Source: a bacterium (GTDB taxonomy: Bacteria > Patescibacteriota > Minisyncoccia > Phycocordibacterales > Zambryskibacteraceae). Taken from it: a stretch of DNA of 32,242 nt. The notes below the pieces were generated by a model. The model was not told the DNA's origin. It ran no database searches and was given only the letters and a program-made list of their open reading frames with translations. Shown one piece after another: positions 7,735-16,055 of this stretch (position 1 is its first letter; every line of letters begins with the position of its first letter). The stretch is taken from positions 1 to 32,242 of the forward strand of contig JAUSGP010000006.1 in the NCBI GenBank assembly GCA_030674415.1, written 5' to 3'. Position numbers and translations under genes: made by a program.

Positions 7735-8179
7735 TGTAGAGAGAGATGGTAAGGTCGTCGGCGAAGGAGGTGGCGATCTCATCACAACGCTCGTTTAATT
7801 CATGACCCGAGTGGCCAGCGACATATTTCCAGTCTATTTCTTTGCCATCACTTGTGAGAATCAGTTTCTGCCAAAGATCCTGGTTAAGCACCGGCTTCTT
7901 GGAGGCTGTTCTCCAACCTCTTTTCTGCCAGCCTGTGACCCAGAGCGTGATGCCTTTCATAACGTATTCGGAATCTGTGTAAAGCTCGATTCTGGCGTCA
8001 CTCAAGGTACTGACAAATTCAAGAGCCTTGATAGCCCCCATAAGTTCCATGCGGTTATTAGTAGTACGATCTTCTCGACCGCCGAGTTCCACTACCCGGA
8101 CATCGTCCATGATGATGGCAGCCCAGCCGCCCGGGCCGGGATTACCTCTCGAAGAGCCGTCCGTATAAATGGTAATCAT
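7703..8179 (-). CDS. rnhA: Ribonuclease HI
   Basis: IYTDGSSRGNPGPGGWAAI, TNNRMELMGAIKAL, YTDSEYV and GHSGHELNERCDEIA are RNase HI catalytic-region motifs. TAAACT (rc of 8186-8191) lies 6 nt upstream of the ATG. Confidence 0.92.
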   Translation of the reverse strand: MITIYTDGSSRGNPGPGGWAAIIMDDVRVVELGGREDRTTNNRMELMGAIKALEFVSTLSDARIELYTDSEYVMKGITLWVTGWQKRGWRTASKKPVLNQDLWQKLILTSDGKEIDWKYVAGHSGHELNERCDEIATSFADDLTISLYNGSRNSYCHL

Positions 8180-8195
8180 TAATTTAGTTTACATG

Positions 8196-8218
8196 AAAAA
8201 GGGCCGCTGGGGCGGCCC
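8196..8218 (-). terminator. Rho-independent terminator after the 106-aa ORF
   Basis: Stem GGGCCGC (8201-8207) / GCGGCCC (8212-8218) with loop TGGG, followed on the minus strand by TTTTT (8196-8200). It ends only 17 nt upstream of the rnhA start. Confidence 0.7.
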
Positions 8219-8240
8219 TGTATCTTGTCCGTATGTGATA

Positions 8241-8561
8241 TCAGGACTTAGAGGTGCCGTTGGTCGACTGGGCAGTTGAGGCTGCTGGTTTCCCTACGGA
8301 AACGAGCTCGAGGTCCTCGATCTCACCATCTTCCCTGATTCGATCCTCGTAGTACTTGACAACCGGCTTGTAACTTTCGGCCTCAGCGGCGAGTTCTGTG
8401 GCGAACAGCCTCTGCCGGCCTTTTGCCACTTCAGTACCTGGAGCTGAGGCCTTGATCCGCTCATAGTACGCCTGGATCTGAGCGATCTCGGCTTTTACCC
8501 CCACAAGCTTCTCGACCCATCTTTGAACTCTCGGCGATCTGTCTGACGTCGGCGGTGGCAT
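8241..8561 (-). CDS. Hypothetical 106-aa charged/helical protein
   Basis: GGAGG sits 4 nt upstream of the ATG at 8561 (MPPPTSDRSPRVQRW…). The gene has its own terminator. No motif recognised. The ORF track starts 14 codons earlier, at 8603. Confidence 0.5.
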   Translation of the reverse strand: MPPPTSDRSPRVQRWVEKLVGVKAEIAQIQAYYERIKASAPGTEVAKGRQRLFATELAAEAESYKPVVKYYEDRIREDGEIEDLELVSVGKPAASTAQSTNGTSKS

Positions 8562-8606
8562 ATGTCCTCCCAATGTGTTCTTACATCCCCCACCATTAAG
8601 CACTTT

Positions 8607-10250
8607 CTATATCGTGATGTCAACAATACGCAAGCGCACCTCGGGGCGGTTCCTGAAATAGGACTTTTCGAGATGGGCTTGGAGGTTACAAGAAGAGCTG
8701 TCAGCTTTTAGCTTATAGCTTTCAGGAGAAGAGAAGAAGGAGATAGCTTTGATGTCCTTTTTACCATCGGTGAGGATCACTTCTAGGTGATTCTGCTCCT
8801 TGCCAAACTGCTTGACCGACTTGATATTGCCTTTGAGTTTGAAAACCGGCTTTTCATTACCTACACCGAATGGAGCAAACTGTGACACAGTTTGCCAGAG
8901 ACTTTCCCCCACGTCCGATAAACTGATGATAAGATTGTTTTGCTCTTCACTCCCGGACCCGTCGCCAACAAGCGAAGTAAGGGCCTCACTAAGCTTCTCT
9001 TCCAAGGTCGAGATCTGCTCGAGGGTGACGGAGAAACCTCCAGCCCCCTTATGCCCGCCGAATTCGATAAAAGATTCTTTCGCTCCTTCCATGAGGGCGA
9101 CAAGATCGTAGCCATCGTAAGAGCGGCACGAGCCCTTGAGAGTATTATCACCATCCCGACCCCACGCAAACACCGGTCTTTCGTATTCTTCGACCAGCGA
9201 ATTACAAATTAAACCCAACAAACTCGGTTTCCAATCTGGATTGCCAACTACAATCACCTCTCCGAGCTTTTCTCTCTTCCCAAGATGAGCCTTGGCCTCC
9301 TTGACCATGGCCGCCACGACACCCTTCCTTTCCTGATTAATTTTCTCCAAATGATTAGCCAATCTCCCAGCTTCCACTTCGTCGGTAGTGGAAAGGAGTT
9401 TGAAAGCATCGAGGGGCACGCCCATCCTGGAGGCGGCATTGATACGAGGTGTGATCATGAAGGCCACATCATCTTCCGTCAAAAATTTCTGGTTAATGTT
9501 GAGATTATTAAAGAGCGCCAAGAGTCCAGGCCGAGGTGACTTCCGCAGTACGTCAAGGCCAAAGCGGGCAAGAATGCGATTCTCGTCAACCAATGGCACC
9601 ATGTCTGAAAGGGTGGCGATGCCAACCATATCTAGTGACCATTTCTCCATCCCAGGCTTCACACCGAAAGATTCTTTGGCAAATATGGCTTGCACCAGTT
9701 TGAAAACAACACCTGATCCACAGAGGCCCTGGAACGGATAGACCGAATCTTTTCTCTTTGGATTAACGATGGCAAAGGCGGGCGGTAATTCATCCTTAGA
9801 CTCATGATGGTCAGTAATAATGACATCTATCCCCCTTTCATTAGCCAAAGCCACTTCTTTGAAATCAGTAATACCGCAATCAACACTAATAATCACCTTC
9901 GATCCGCGAGCAGCACACTCTTCGATCGCTTCAAGATTGAGTCCGTAGCCCTCGTCATGGCGATGAGGAATGTAAAAAGAAATATTTTCGTATTTAATGC
10001 GTTTGAAAAAGTCCGAGAACACTACCGCACCAGGAATGCCGTCGGCGTCATAGTCCGAGAAGACGACAATATGCTCATTATTCTTGACCGCTTCGATGAC
10101 CCGATCGCGGGCTTTGGCCATATCAGGCAAAAGTAACGGGTCATGAAGCCGCGAGTAATCCGGATTGAGAAAAATTTCTTTGTCTTCTCCAGAAATACCC
10201 CGTTCCTTGAGAAGCAATTCGAAAATTTCCGGGAAGTGAGAAACTAACAT
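8607..10250 (-). CDS. recJ: Single-stranded-DNA-specific exonuclease RecJ
   Basis: DHH-family motifs: VFSDYDADGI, SVDCGI, ITDHH. DHHA1-like GGHKGAGGF. 547 aa. TAAAAT (rc of 10257-10262) lies 6 nt upstream of the ATG. Confidence 0.93.
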   Translation of the reverse strand: MLVSHFPEIFELLLKERGISGEDKEIFLNPDYSRLHDPLLLPDMAKARDRVIEAVKNNEHIVVFSDYDADGIPGAVVFSDFFKRIKYENISFYIPHRHDEGYGLNLEAIEECAARGSKVIISVDCGITDFKEVALANERGIDVIITDHHESKDELPPAFAIVNPKRKDSVYPFQGLCGSGVVFKLVQAIFAKESFGVKPGMEKWSLDMVGIATLSDMVPLVDENRILARFGLDVLRKSPRPGLLALFNNLNINQKFLTEDDVAFMITPRINAASRMGVPLDAFKLLSTTDEVEAGRLANHLEKINQERKGVVAAMVKEAKAHLGKREKLGEVIVVGNPDWKPSLLGLICNSLVEEYERPVFAWGRDGDNTLKGSCRSYDGYDLVALMEGAKESFIEFGGHKGAGGFSVTLEQISTLEEKLSEALTSLVGDGSGSEEQNNLIISLSDVGESLWQTVSQFAPFGVGNEKPVFKLKGNIKSVKQFGKEQNHLEVILTDGKKDIKAISFFSSPESYKLKADSSSCNLQAHLEKSYFRNRPEVRLRIVDITI

Positions 10251-10281
10251 GGCGTTATTTTAACACACCCGTCTGCCATGC

Positions 10282-10310
10282 TTGGCACTAGCGGGCAGGC
10301 GTATTAAGAT
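10282..10310 (+). promoter_or_regulatory. Promoter of the LTD-protein/HIT gene pair, leaderless geometry
   Basis: TTGGCA (10282-10287), 17 nt, TAAGAT (10305-10310), 6 nt, ATG at 10317. Confidence 0.5.
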
Positions 10311-10316
10311 AACCTT

Positions 10317-11282
10317 ATGGGAATGAGGTTTAAACGCGGCGAAGGAGACTTGGACGGCATCGTTATCTTGGCCGTGCTCCTCATCATTATCTGGGTAACG
10401 CCTAAAAGTCATACTCCTTCCGAAACCGGTATCTGGACACCCGGGGCCACCATATCGAGCTACGGCACAGACAACAATACCTCCAGGGGAACCGTTAGCG
10501 GCACTACTCTCTCATCCGCTGGAGCAAGCCGTTCCGCGCAATCGGTCTCTCTCGGCACAGGCAACGCCTCCTACAGCTATCAGCCGTATGAGGAATATGT
10601 CACCATCGAAAATTACGGCAGAAACCCCATAGACATCACTGGCTGGCAGCTGAAGAACGGCAAGGACCAGCGCCCTTATAACTTAGGCGGCACGCTCCAA
10701 CGTTTCTCGGCAGATATCGCCGTCATCCCACGCGCCACCCTCTTCCTCTCTCCTACCGGCCAAAGCGCTTTAAGCAATGTAGTGCTCGGAGACGGAGAAA
10801 AAGCCATTGTCACCACCGGAGGAGTCAGCGTCACCTCTCCTTATCGGATTGTGAGCTTCAAGGAAAACATATGCACCGGCTATATCGAAACTCATCCTGA
10901 CTACGCTTTCACTCCGTCACTGACCCAGAACTGCCCGAGACCTCTTGATGAACCGGGGGTGAAGAACTTGCCGACCGAATGCCGCGACTTCATGAACACT
11001 CTCTCCTCGTGTCGCATTCCGGAATTCGGCGGTAAGGATAGCGAGGGGGAGTACTGCGAGAATTGCGTCCAGGGCAAACTTCTGCCGAGCTCGTGTGTAG
11101 CCTTCGTCAGAGAACACTTTACCTACCAAGGCTGTGTAGCTAACCACCGAAATGATCCGGGCTTCGAAGGCCGCACTTGGAGGATTTTCCTCGGCCGTGG
11201 CTGGGAAATGTGGAACAAAGATTATGAATCTATCGAGCTTTTCGACAACCTCGGACAATTAGTAGATTTTAAGAATTATTAA
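10317..11282 (+). CDS. Membrane-anchored lamin-tail-domain (LTD)-like protein with a Cys-rich insertion
   Basis: N-terminal [25 protein letters not shown] and the C-terminal [18 protein letters not shown] look like the first and last LTD strands. About 9 Cys lie in the segment between them. Confidence 0.6.
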   Translation: MGMRFKRGEGDLDGIVILAVLLIIIWVTPKSHTPSETGIWTPGATISSYGTDNNTSRGTVSGTTLSSAGASRSAQSVSLGTGNASYSYQPYEEYVTIENYGRNPIDITGWQLKNGKDQRPYNLGGTLQRFSADIAVIPRATLFLSPTGQSALSNVVLGDGEKAIVTTGGVSVTSPYRIVSFKENICTGYIETHPDYAFTPSLTQNCPRPLDEPGVKNLPTECRDFMNTLSSCRIPEFGGKDSEGEYCENCVQGKLLPSSCVAFVREHFTYQGCVANHRNDPGFEGRTWRIFLGRGWEMWNKDYESIELFDNLGQLVDFKNY

Positions 11283-11283
11283 T

Positions 11284-11649
11284 ATGAAAGACCAAGATTG
11301 CATATTTTGTAAGATTATAAATAAGGAAATTCCAGCGGAGATTGTGTACGAGAATGAAGAATTTCTTGCTCTTCTTTCTATTAATCCACAAGCACCCGGA
11401 CACACTCTAATAATACCTAGGGAACACCACCGTTGGGTATGGGATGTGCCAAATGCTGGAGCATACTTCGAAGTAGCGAAGAAGATTGCCATAGCACAGC
11501 AAAAAGCTTTTAAGACTGAATCAATATGGGCCCACGTCGAAGGAGCGGAAGTCCCTCATGCTCACATCTGGATATTCCCTAATCCAAAAACTCCTGGAGA
11601 TAAAGCCGATCTTGCCGGCAACGCCGAGAGGATCCGAAAGTTTATTTAA
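11284..11649 (+). CDS. HIT (histidine triad) family protein
   Basis: [22 protein letters not shown]…, [15 protein letters not shown], and the histidine triad [10 protein letters not shown]. Confidence 0.9.
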   Translation: MKDQDCIFCKIINKEIPAEIVYENEEFLALLSINPQAPGHTLIIPREHHRWVWDVPNAGAYFEVAKKIAIAQQKAFKTESIWAHVEGAEVPHAHIWIFPNPKTPGDKADLAGNAERIRKFI

Positions 11650-11730
11650 GCGCCTCAACTCACGCATACTTTTCTGTTGAAAAGTTGCGCGAGCCCGCCT
11701 CGTCGCCGTCGCGACTGCGACCATTGAGGC

Positions 11731-12723
11731 TTACTTAAGCGCCTCAATGCCCGGCAAGGTACCTTTAGCCAAGAAGTCCAGCATGGCTCCGCCACCGGTA
11801 GACACAAACGAGAATTTATCCAAAAGGTTGAGTTCCGCGATTGCCGCCAAGGTATCCCCTCCTCCGACTATCGATTCGTTGCCTGACTCGGCGATAAGCT
11901 GGGCTAGTTGCAAAGTGGCCACCTTGTAGCCCTGTTCGTAGTTCCCCAAAGGGCCGTTCCAGAGGATTAGATTAGCGGCCATGACCTTGTCCTTCAGTTT
12001 CTCAATCACGATCGGACTCGCATCGACTATCTTATCTTCTTTAGTAACAGTTTCTTCCGGTAAAATGATTTTGCCGGTCTCAAAAAGTTCTTTAACGCCG
12101 AAGTCTCCGTCACTCACCAAAGAGGAGCCGATATCGCGTCCCAGTTCGCGGAAAAAGTTATGGGCCAAGGCACCCCCGACGAAGATATCATCGGCGATAT
12201 TGATAAATTTCTTAAGCAAGGGTAGTTTAGTATCGAACTTCGCTCCGCCAAGGATAAAGAGAAATGGTTTCTTAGGATAGAAAACCTTGGAAAGCTCCTT
12301 CACTTCTTCGGATAAACGTAAGCCCGCGAAACTCGGCAAGAATTTCGGCACTCCGACGATAGAAGCGTAGGAGCGATGCGATTCTGGAAAAGCCTCGTTG
12401 ACATAGATATCGGCGCGGCTGGCCAATTCTCTGGCACACTCTTCTGAATTAGCTTTCTCGCCGGGATTATCGCGCAAGTTAGACAGAAGTTCCATACCTT
12501 CCGGCAAATAAGGTTTGAGAGCTTCTGGGGAATCGTCCTTGGACTCCAGATGGGTGGCTACGATCACCGTGGCGCCAGCGTCTTTCAGATATTTCAGAGT
12601 AGGAAGGGTGGCTGTAATCTGGTAATTGTTGATAATCTCTCCGTGAGCCATCGGCACACTCCAATCCACGCGTACTAGTACGCGTTTGCCCTTTAAGTCC
12701 CCTGCTTCGGTGATAGATTTCAT
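11731..12723 (-). CDS. pgk: Phosphoglycerate kinase (short, 330 aa)
   Basis: KGKRVLVRVDWSVP, DIYVNEAFPESHRSYASIVG, ILGGAKFDTKL, STGGGAMLDFLAKGTLPGIEAL. 4-nt ATGA overlap with tpiA. Confidence 0.9.
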   Translation of the reverse strand: MKSITEAGDLKGKRVLVRVDWSVPMAHGEIINNYQITATLPTLKYLKDAGATVIVATHLESKDDSPEALKPYLPEGMELLSNLRDNPGEKANSEECARELASRADIYVNEAFPESHRSYASIVGVPKFLPSFAGLRLSEEVKELSKVFYPKKPFLFILGGAKFDTKLPLLKKFINIADDIFVGGALAHNFFRELGRDIGSSLVSDGDFGVKELFETGKIILPEETVTKEDKIVDASPIVIEKLKDKVMAANLILWNGPLGNYEQGYKVATLQLAQLIAESGNESIVGGGDTLAAIAELNLLDKFSFVSTGGGAMLDFLAKGTLPGIEALK

Positions 12724-13448
12724 TTTCCTAAAAGTGATTTGGCAATAGTTTCAAAACTTTTAGCACTTAAAGAAGCGTGGCCGACCAGAAAGCCTCTTAC
12801 TCCCGTGCCTACCATCAACTCTCCCGCATTTGCCGGCTCCACTGAGCCCCCGTAGAGAATTGGGATCTTCTCCGCCACGGCTCGGTTGAAGAGTTGGGTC
12901 AAAACTTTTTTAATGAAAATAACAGATTCCGCGAGCTCTGGCGCGCTGAGCGCATCTTTAGCACGCTTACCTATGGTCCAGATTGGCTCATAAGCAATCG
13001 CGATTTTGCCGGCCTCGAGAGGTTTAAGTCCAGAGAGCGAACTTTTAAGTTCTTCACGCAAGAATTCGAAATGTTCGCCATCCACATCGCGGACTGATTC
13101 CCCAATACAGACGAGAGGTACGATACTCGCGCGAAGCGCCAATTTAATCTTCTGAGATACAATCTCGGAAGATTCCCCGAGTGCGCGATAATCGCTGTGT
13201 CCAATGATAGCTAGACGCACTCCGAAACTTTTTAAAATTTCCGGGGAGAAAAAATTCTGGGAAGCTAATTTGGCAAAATTTCTTGTGCGGAGAAGAGTAG
13301 ATTCAAGATAAGGCTGGGGCGGGGCGATAAAAAGCGCGACCTTTTTATACAGTTCCCGTTTCTTTGACATTTCTTTGAGAAGTTTCTGCGCTTCAGAAAG
13401 AGAGTTCGGATGATTCTTCCAATTCGCCACTAAGATTGGTTTAGCCAT
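12720..13448 (-). CDS. tpiA: Triosephosphate isomerase
   Basis: VANWKNH, IIGHSDYR (catalytic His), IAYEPIWTIG (catalytic Glu), ILYGGSV. TATAAT (rc of 13455-13460) lies 6 nt upstream of the ATG. Confidence 0.9.
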   Translation of the reverse strand: MAKPILVANWKNHPNSLSEAQKLLKEMSKKRELYKKVALFIAPPQPYLESTLLRTRNFAKLASQNFFSPEILKSFGVRLAIIGHSDYRALGESSEIVSQKIKLALRASIVPLVCIGESVRDVDGEHFEFLREELKSSLSGLKPLEAGKIAIAYEPIWTIGKRAKDALSAPELAESVIFIKKVLTQLFNRAVAEKIPILYGGSVEPANAGELMVGTGVRGFLVGHASLSAKSFETIAKSLLGK

Positions 13449-13465
13449 AGACGAATTATACGAGT

Positions 13466-14632
13466 TTATTCAACCTCTAGCCAGTTAGAAACAGTGTAGC
13501 CGCCGGACGGGCCATTGGTAAAGGCTGCGTCGACGAGACCTTGTTCGTAGGTAATGGTGGCATTATTGGAAAGAGAAATAGTTTTGGCACTAATTTGCTT
13601 AACTGCCGCACCATTACTCAATTCTACCGTACCATTCGGAGCATAGAGGATAACCGCTCCGGCATTATTGTCTAAACTGATGGCACTCCCGCTATTGTTA
13701 GTCGAGAGAAGCATGATATAGCTATTAGCGCTTCCTGAACCTTGGAAAGTGGAGCCGTTAGAGAGAGTAGAGACGCCATCGACTATAATAACCCCATCTC
13801 CTGAAGCGTACCCGGAGGAAAGTTTAATAATTGAACTGTTAGAAAGCACCAAGTTGCCGGTGATCCACAGAGTACCAGTAACAGTCAGGGTATCGCCGTT
13901 CCCGAGAGTGAGATTACCGTTAATCTTCTTAGGACCCAGTATGTTGTCGTCGCCAGATAAAGTCTGGTTGCCAACCGTACCGCCTGCGGCCGCCTCATTC
14001 TTCCAATCCGTTATTTGTGTATCAGTAATCGGAAGGGCTTGTGAAGAAACTCCGGTCTGGCTCTCTCCGCTAACACTTACCCCAGTGATAGATCCAACCG
14101 CGGAAGCATCGCCGGTTATAAACGAGCCGTTAGAACCAGAAATATTGCCGTTGGAATAGACATTACCATTCACTCCGGCGTTATTGCTCAAACTAAAGCC
14201 GCCCGCTCCGACCTGAATGCCATAGTGGAAAGCTACTCCTTCGCCCAAAAGCAGTTCGACTTTCACCTTGCGCATCAGAGTTCGTACTGTACCGGTAGCC
14301 GCCACATCTTTGCCAGCACTTGTATTGGTAGTGATTGTAGTGGCACTCGAACCATTAAGGTTCAGCACTTCGGTAGTGCCGACCGTCTCCCCGGTCTGAA
14401 GACGGAAGACCACATCCTCCACCCCTGATTCAGCCAGAAAGTAGCTTTGGCGCGAGGTTAGTAGTTGCGAGCTTAACTGCTGTTGGCGCACAATCGGCCC
14501 GACCAAGCCGAAAATGATAGTGATGGAAATTATCAAGAAAAACATGGTGGCCACCATCATTGCCTGTCCCGAGTCTAGTCGAGGGGCTTGCCCCGCTTTG
14601 TATTTATTCTTAAATCTTAAATCCTGAATCAT
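13466..14632 (-). CDS. PilX-like pilus-associated protein with a beta-helix-like Gly/Asn/Ser repeat region
   Basis: N-terminal TM (MMVATMFFLIISITIIFGL) followed by YFLAESGVEDV, as in PilX N-terminal domains. Then long G/N/S/T-rich repeats (GNISGSNGSFITGDASAVGSITGV). Last gene of the pilus gene string. Confidence 0.6.
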   Translation of the reverse strand: MIQDLRFKNKYKAGQAPRLDSGQAMMVATMFFLIISITIIFGLVGPIVRQQQLSSQLLTSRQSYFLAESGVEDVVFRLQTGETVGTTEVLNLNGSSATTITTNTSAGKDVAATGTVRTLMRKVKVELLLGEGVAFHYGIQVGAGGFSLSNNAGVNGNVYSNGNISGSNGSFITGDASAVGSITGVSVSGESQTGVSSQALPITDTQITDWKNEAAAGGTVGNQTLSGDDNILGPKKINGNLTLGNGDTLTVTGTLWITGNLVLSNSSIIKLSSGYASGDGVIIVDGVSTLSNGSTFQGSGSANSYIMLLSTNNSGSAISLDNNAGAVILYAPNGTVELSNGAAVKQISAKTISLSNNATITYEQGLVDAAFTNGPSGGYTVSNWLEVE

Positions 14633-14637
14633 AAATC

Positions 14638-15159
14638 TTATCTAATTATTGAGGTGCTATAAAACTTCTTGGTACGATAAGCGGTGCTAGTGCCGCTCTC
14701 TATGGTCATCTCTACCCTGACGCCTTCGGAATTCGTGCCACTGAAACGATTGAAAATTAATCCGGTAATCTCTGCATCACTTCCCGTAAGTGGCCCTAAG
14801 ACCACGGCATTTTCCTTCAAGATGAGCTGACCGGAAGAGAGATAAAATTCGACCGTACGCGGATTGCCACTCTGGTCCGTACTTTGTAACACCAATTTGC
14901 CCGGATGAGTACCGAGAATGCTCTCTCCGACATTAATACTCTCGGCCTCGCGCATTTCGCGGCTGATTCGCTCAATGCCAAGAACGGCGGAGTTCTCGAT
15001 ATTTCTCAAAGATTTGATTATTCTGTCAGATTTGGTCAGAGAAACAACCACTTGGATAATGATAACAAGCATAAAAACCAAAACTGTAATATAGACAAGC
15101 ATTTCTACTAGTGAAAAACCTCTTTGTTTCTGGAAAGATTTTTTCATTTTAGTTTGCAT
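14638..15159 (-). CDS. Prepilin-type N-terminal cleavage/methylation domain protein (pseudopilin)
   Basis: QRGFSLVEMLVYITVLVFML is a class III signal peptide motif (G-F-S/T-L-x-E). Confidence 0.85.
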   Translation of the reverse strand: MQTKMKKSFQKQRGFSLVEMLVYITVLVFMLVIIIQVVVSLTKSDRIIKSLRNIENSAVLGIERISREMREAESINVGESILGTHPGKLVLQSTDQSGNPRTVEFYLSSGQLILKENAVVLGPLTGSDAEITGLIFNRFSGTNSEGVRVEMTIESGTSTAYRTKKFYSTSIIR

Positions 15160-15565
15160 AAAGATTTGTGATATAAGTAGAAATATTTCTCGTAGTAGTA
15201 GCCCCGCTCGCTTGCCAAGAGACGCTTGAAGTGACTAGTTTAGTATTGGAATCCAGCGTCCCTCCCGAAGAAACGATATCGTCAGAAGCATCGCGGTAGA
15301 CTGGAGATAAGTTTACTGTTCTTTGGAAATTATCTATCCAAGTAGTAGTACTTGTAAGCGAAGCTATGTTGGTACTCCAAGATTGATCCCGCAAAAAACG
15401 TATTTCTTCAATCCCTGCTTCGGCAAGATAAGCCGCTTGCACCAGTTCAGCGTTAGAAAGCGCGGTTTTAAAGTAAAGCCCATAGACCCCCAGAAGGGTA
15501 ACTACTGCTCCCAGAATGATAGTGGAGGCAATCATCACTTCTACCAGCGTAAGTCCTTTAGTCAT
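15149..15565 (-). CDS. Prepilin-type N-terminal domain protein (pseudopilin)
   Basis: The internal Met gives MTKGLTLVEVMIASTIILGAVV. The 50-aa extension in the ORF track overlaps the upstream gene and is not pilin-like. Confidence 0.8.
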   Translation of the reverse strand: MTKGLTLVEVMIASTIILGAVVTLLGVYGLYFKTALSNAELVQAAYLAEAGIEEIRFLRDQSWSTNIASLTSTTTWIDNFQRTVNLSPVYRDASDDIVSSGGTLDSNTKLVTSSVSWQASGATTTRNISTYITNLYAN

Positions 15566-15575
15566 AAATGTTTTA

Positions 15576-16055
15576 TCAATTGGATTCAATTGCTCCAGTA
15601 CCGGAGATGTAAATGGTGCGAAAGTTAGTGGTAGAGGCCTTGAGATAAACCTCGAAGGTGCCGGACTGATCGGTCTGCCCCGAGAGTTTTTTAAAAATAA
15701 CGTTGGTACCGCCACCAGAAAGACTTATATTGCGCATCCCGACCAGCGCATTAAGAGTGGTGATTGAATTATTAGAATCAATAGCGGAGTAACTCGAACC
15801 TCGGAACAATACTAACTGATCACTCTCTAGGTTAACCCCGTATTGATAGCCATTCTTAGCAGAAAGAGTTAATGAGCGGGACTCATTGAGCACAGAAACC
15901 GCTAAGTCCGCGCTTTTATCCAACGCTTGATTTGCATTTAATTTAGAAAAAGAGAGTGTAACGATAGTAATGGAGGCGACCATGATACCGATAGCCACGA
16001 GCATCTCCATCAGAGTAAACCCCTTGTTGGTCGTTAGTCGTCGGTTGTAAGTCAT
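15576..16055 (-). CDS. Prepilin-type N-terminal domain protein (pseudopilin)
   Basis: NKGFTLMEMLVAIGIMVASITIV motif. Abuts the pilC stop. Confidence 0.85.
   Translation of the reverse strand: MTYNRRLTTNKGFTLMEMLVAIGIMVASITIVTLSFSKLNANQALDKSADLAVSVLNESRSLTLSAKNGYQYGVNLESDQLVLFRGSSYSAIDSNNSITTLNALVGMRNISLSGGGTNVIFKKLSGQTDQSGTFEVYLKASTTNFRTIYISGTGAIESN

Noticed and set aside
8800-10136. Multiple ORFs (61-117 aa, both strands) overlapping recJ
   Set aside because: All overlap the 547-aa RecJ frame, which carries DHH/DHHA1 motifs. They are shadow ORFs.
15566-15715. N-terminal extension of the second pseudopilin ORF
   Set aside because: It overlaps the upstream pseudopilin gene. The prepilin motif follows the internal Met at 15565.
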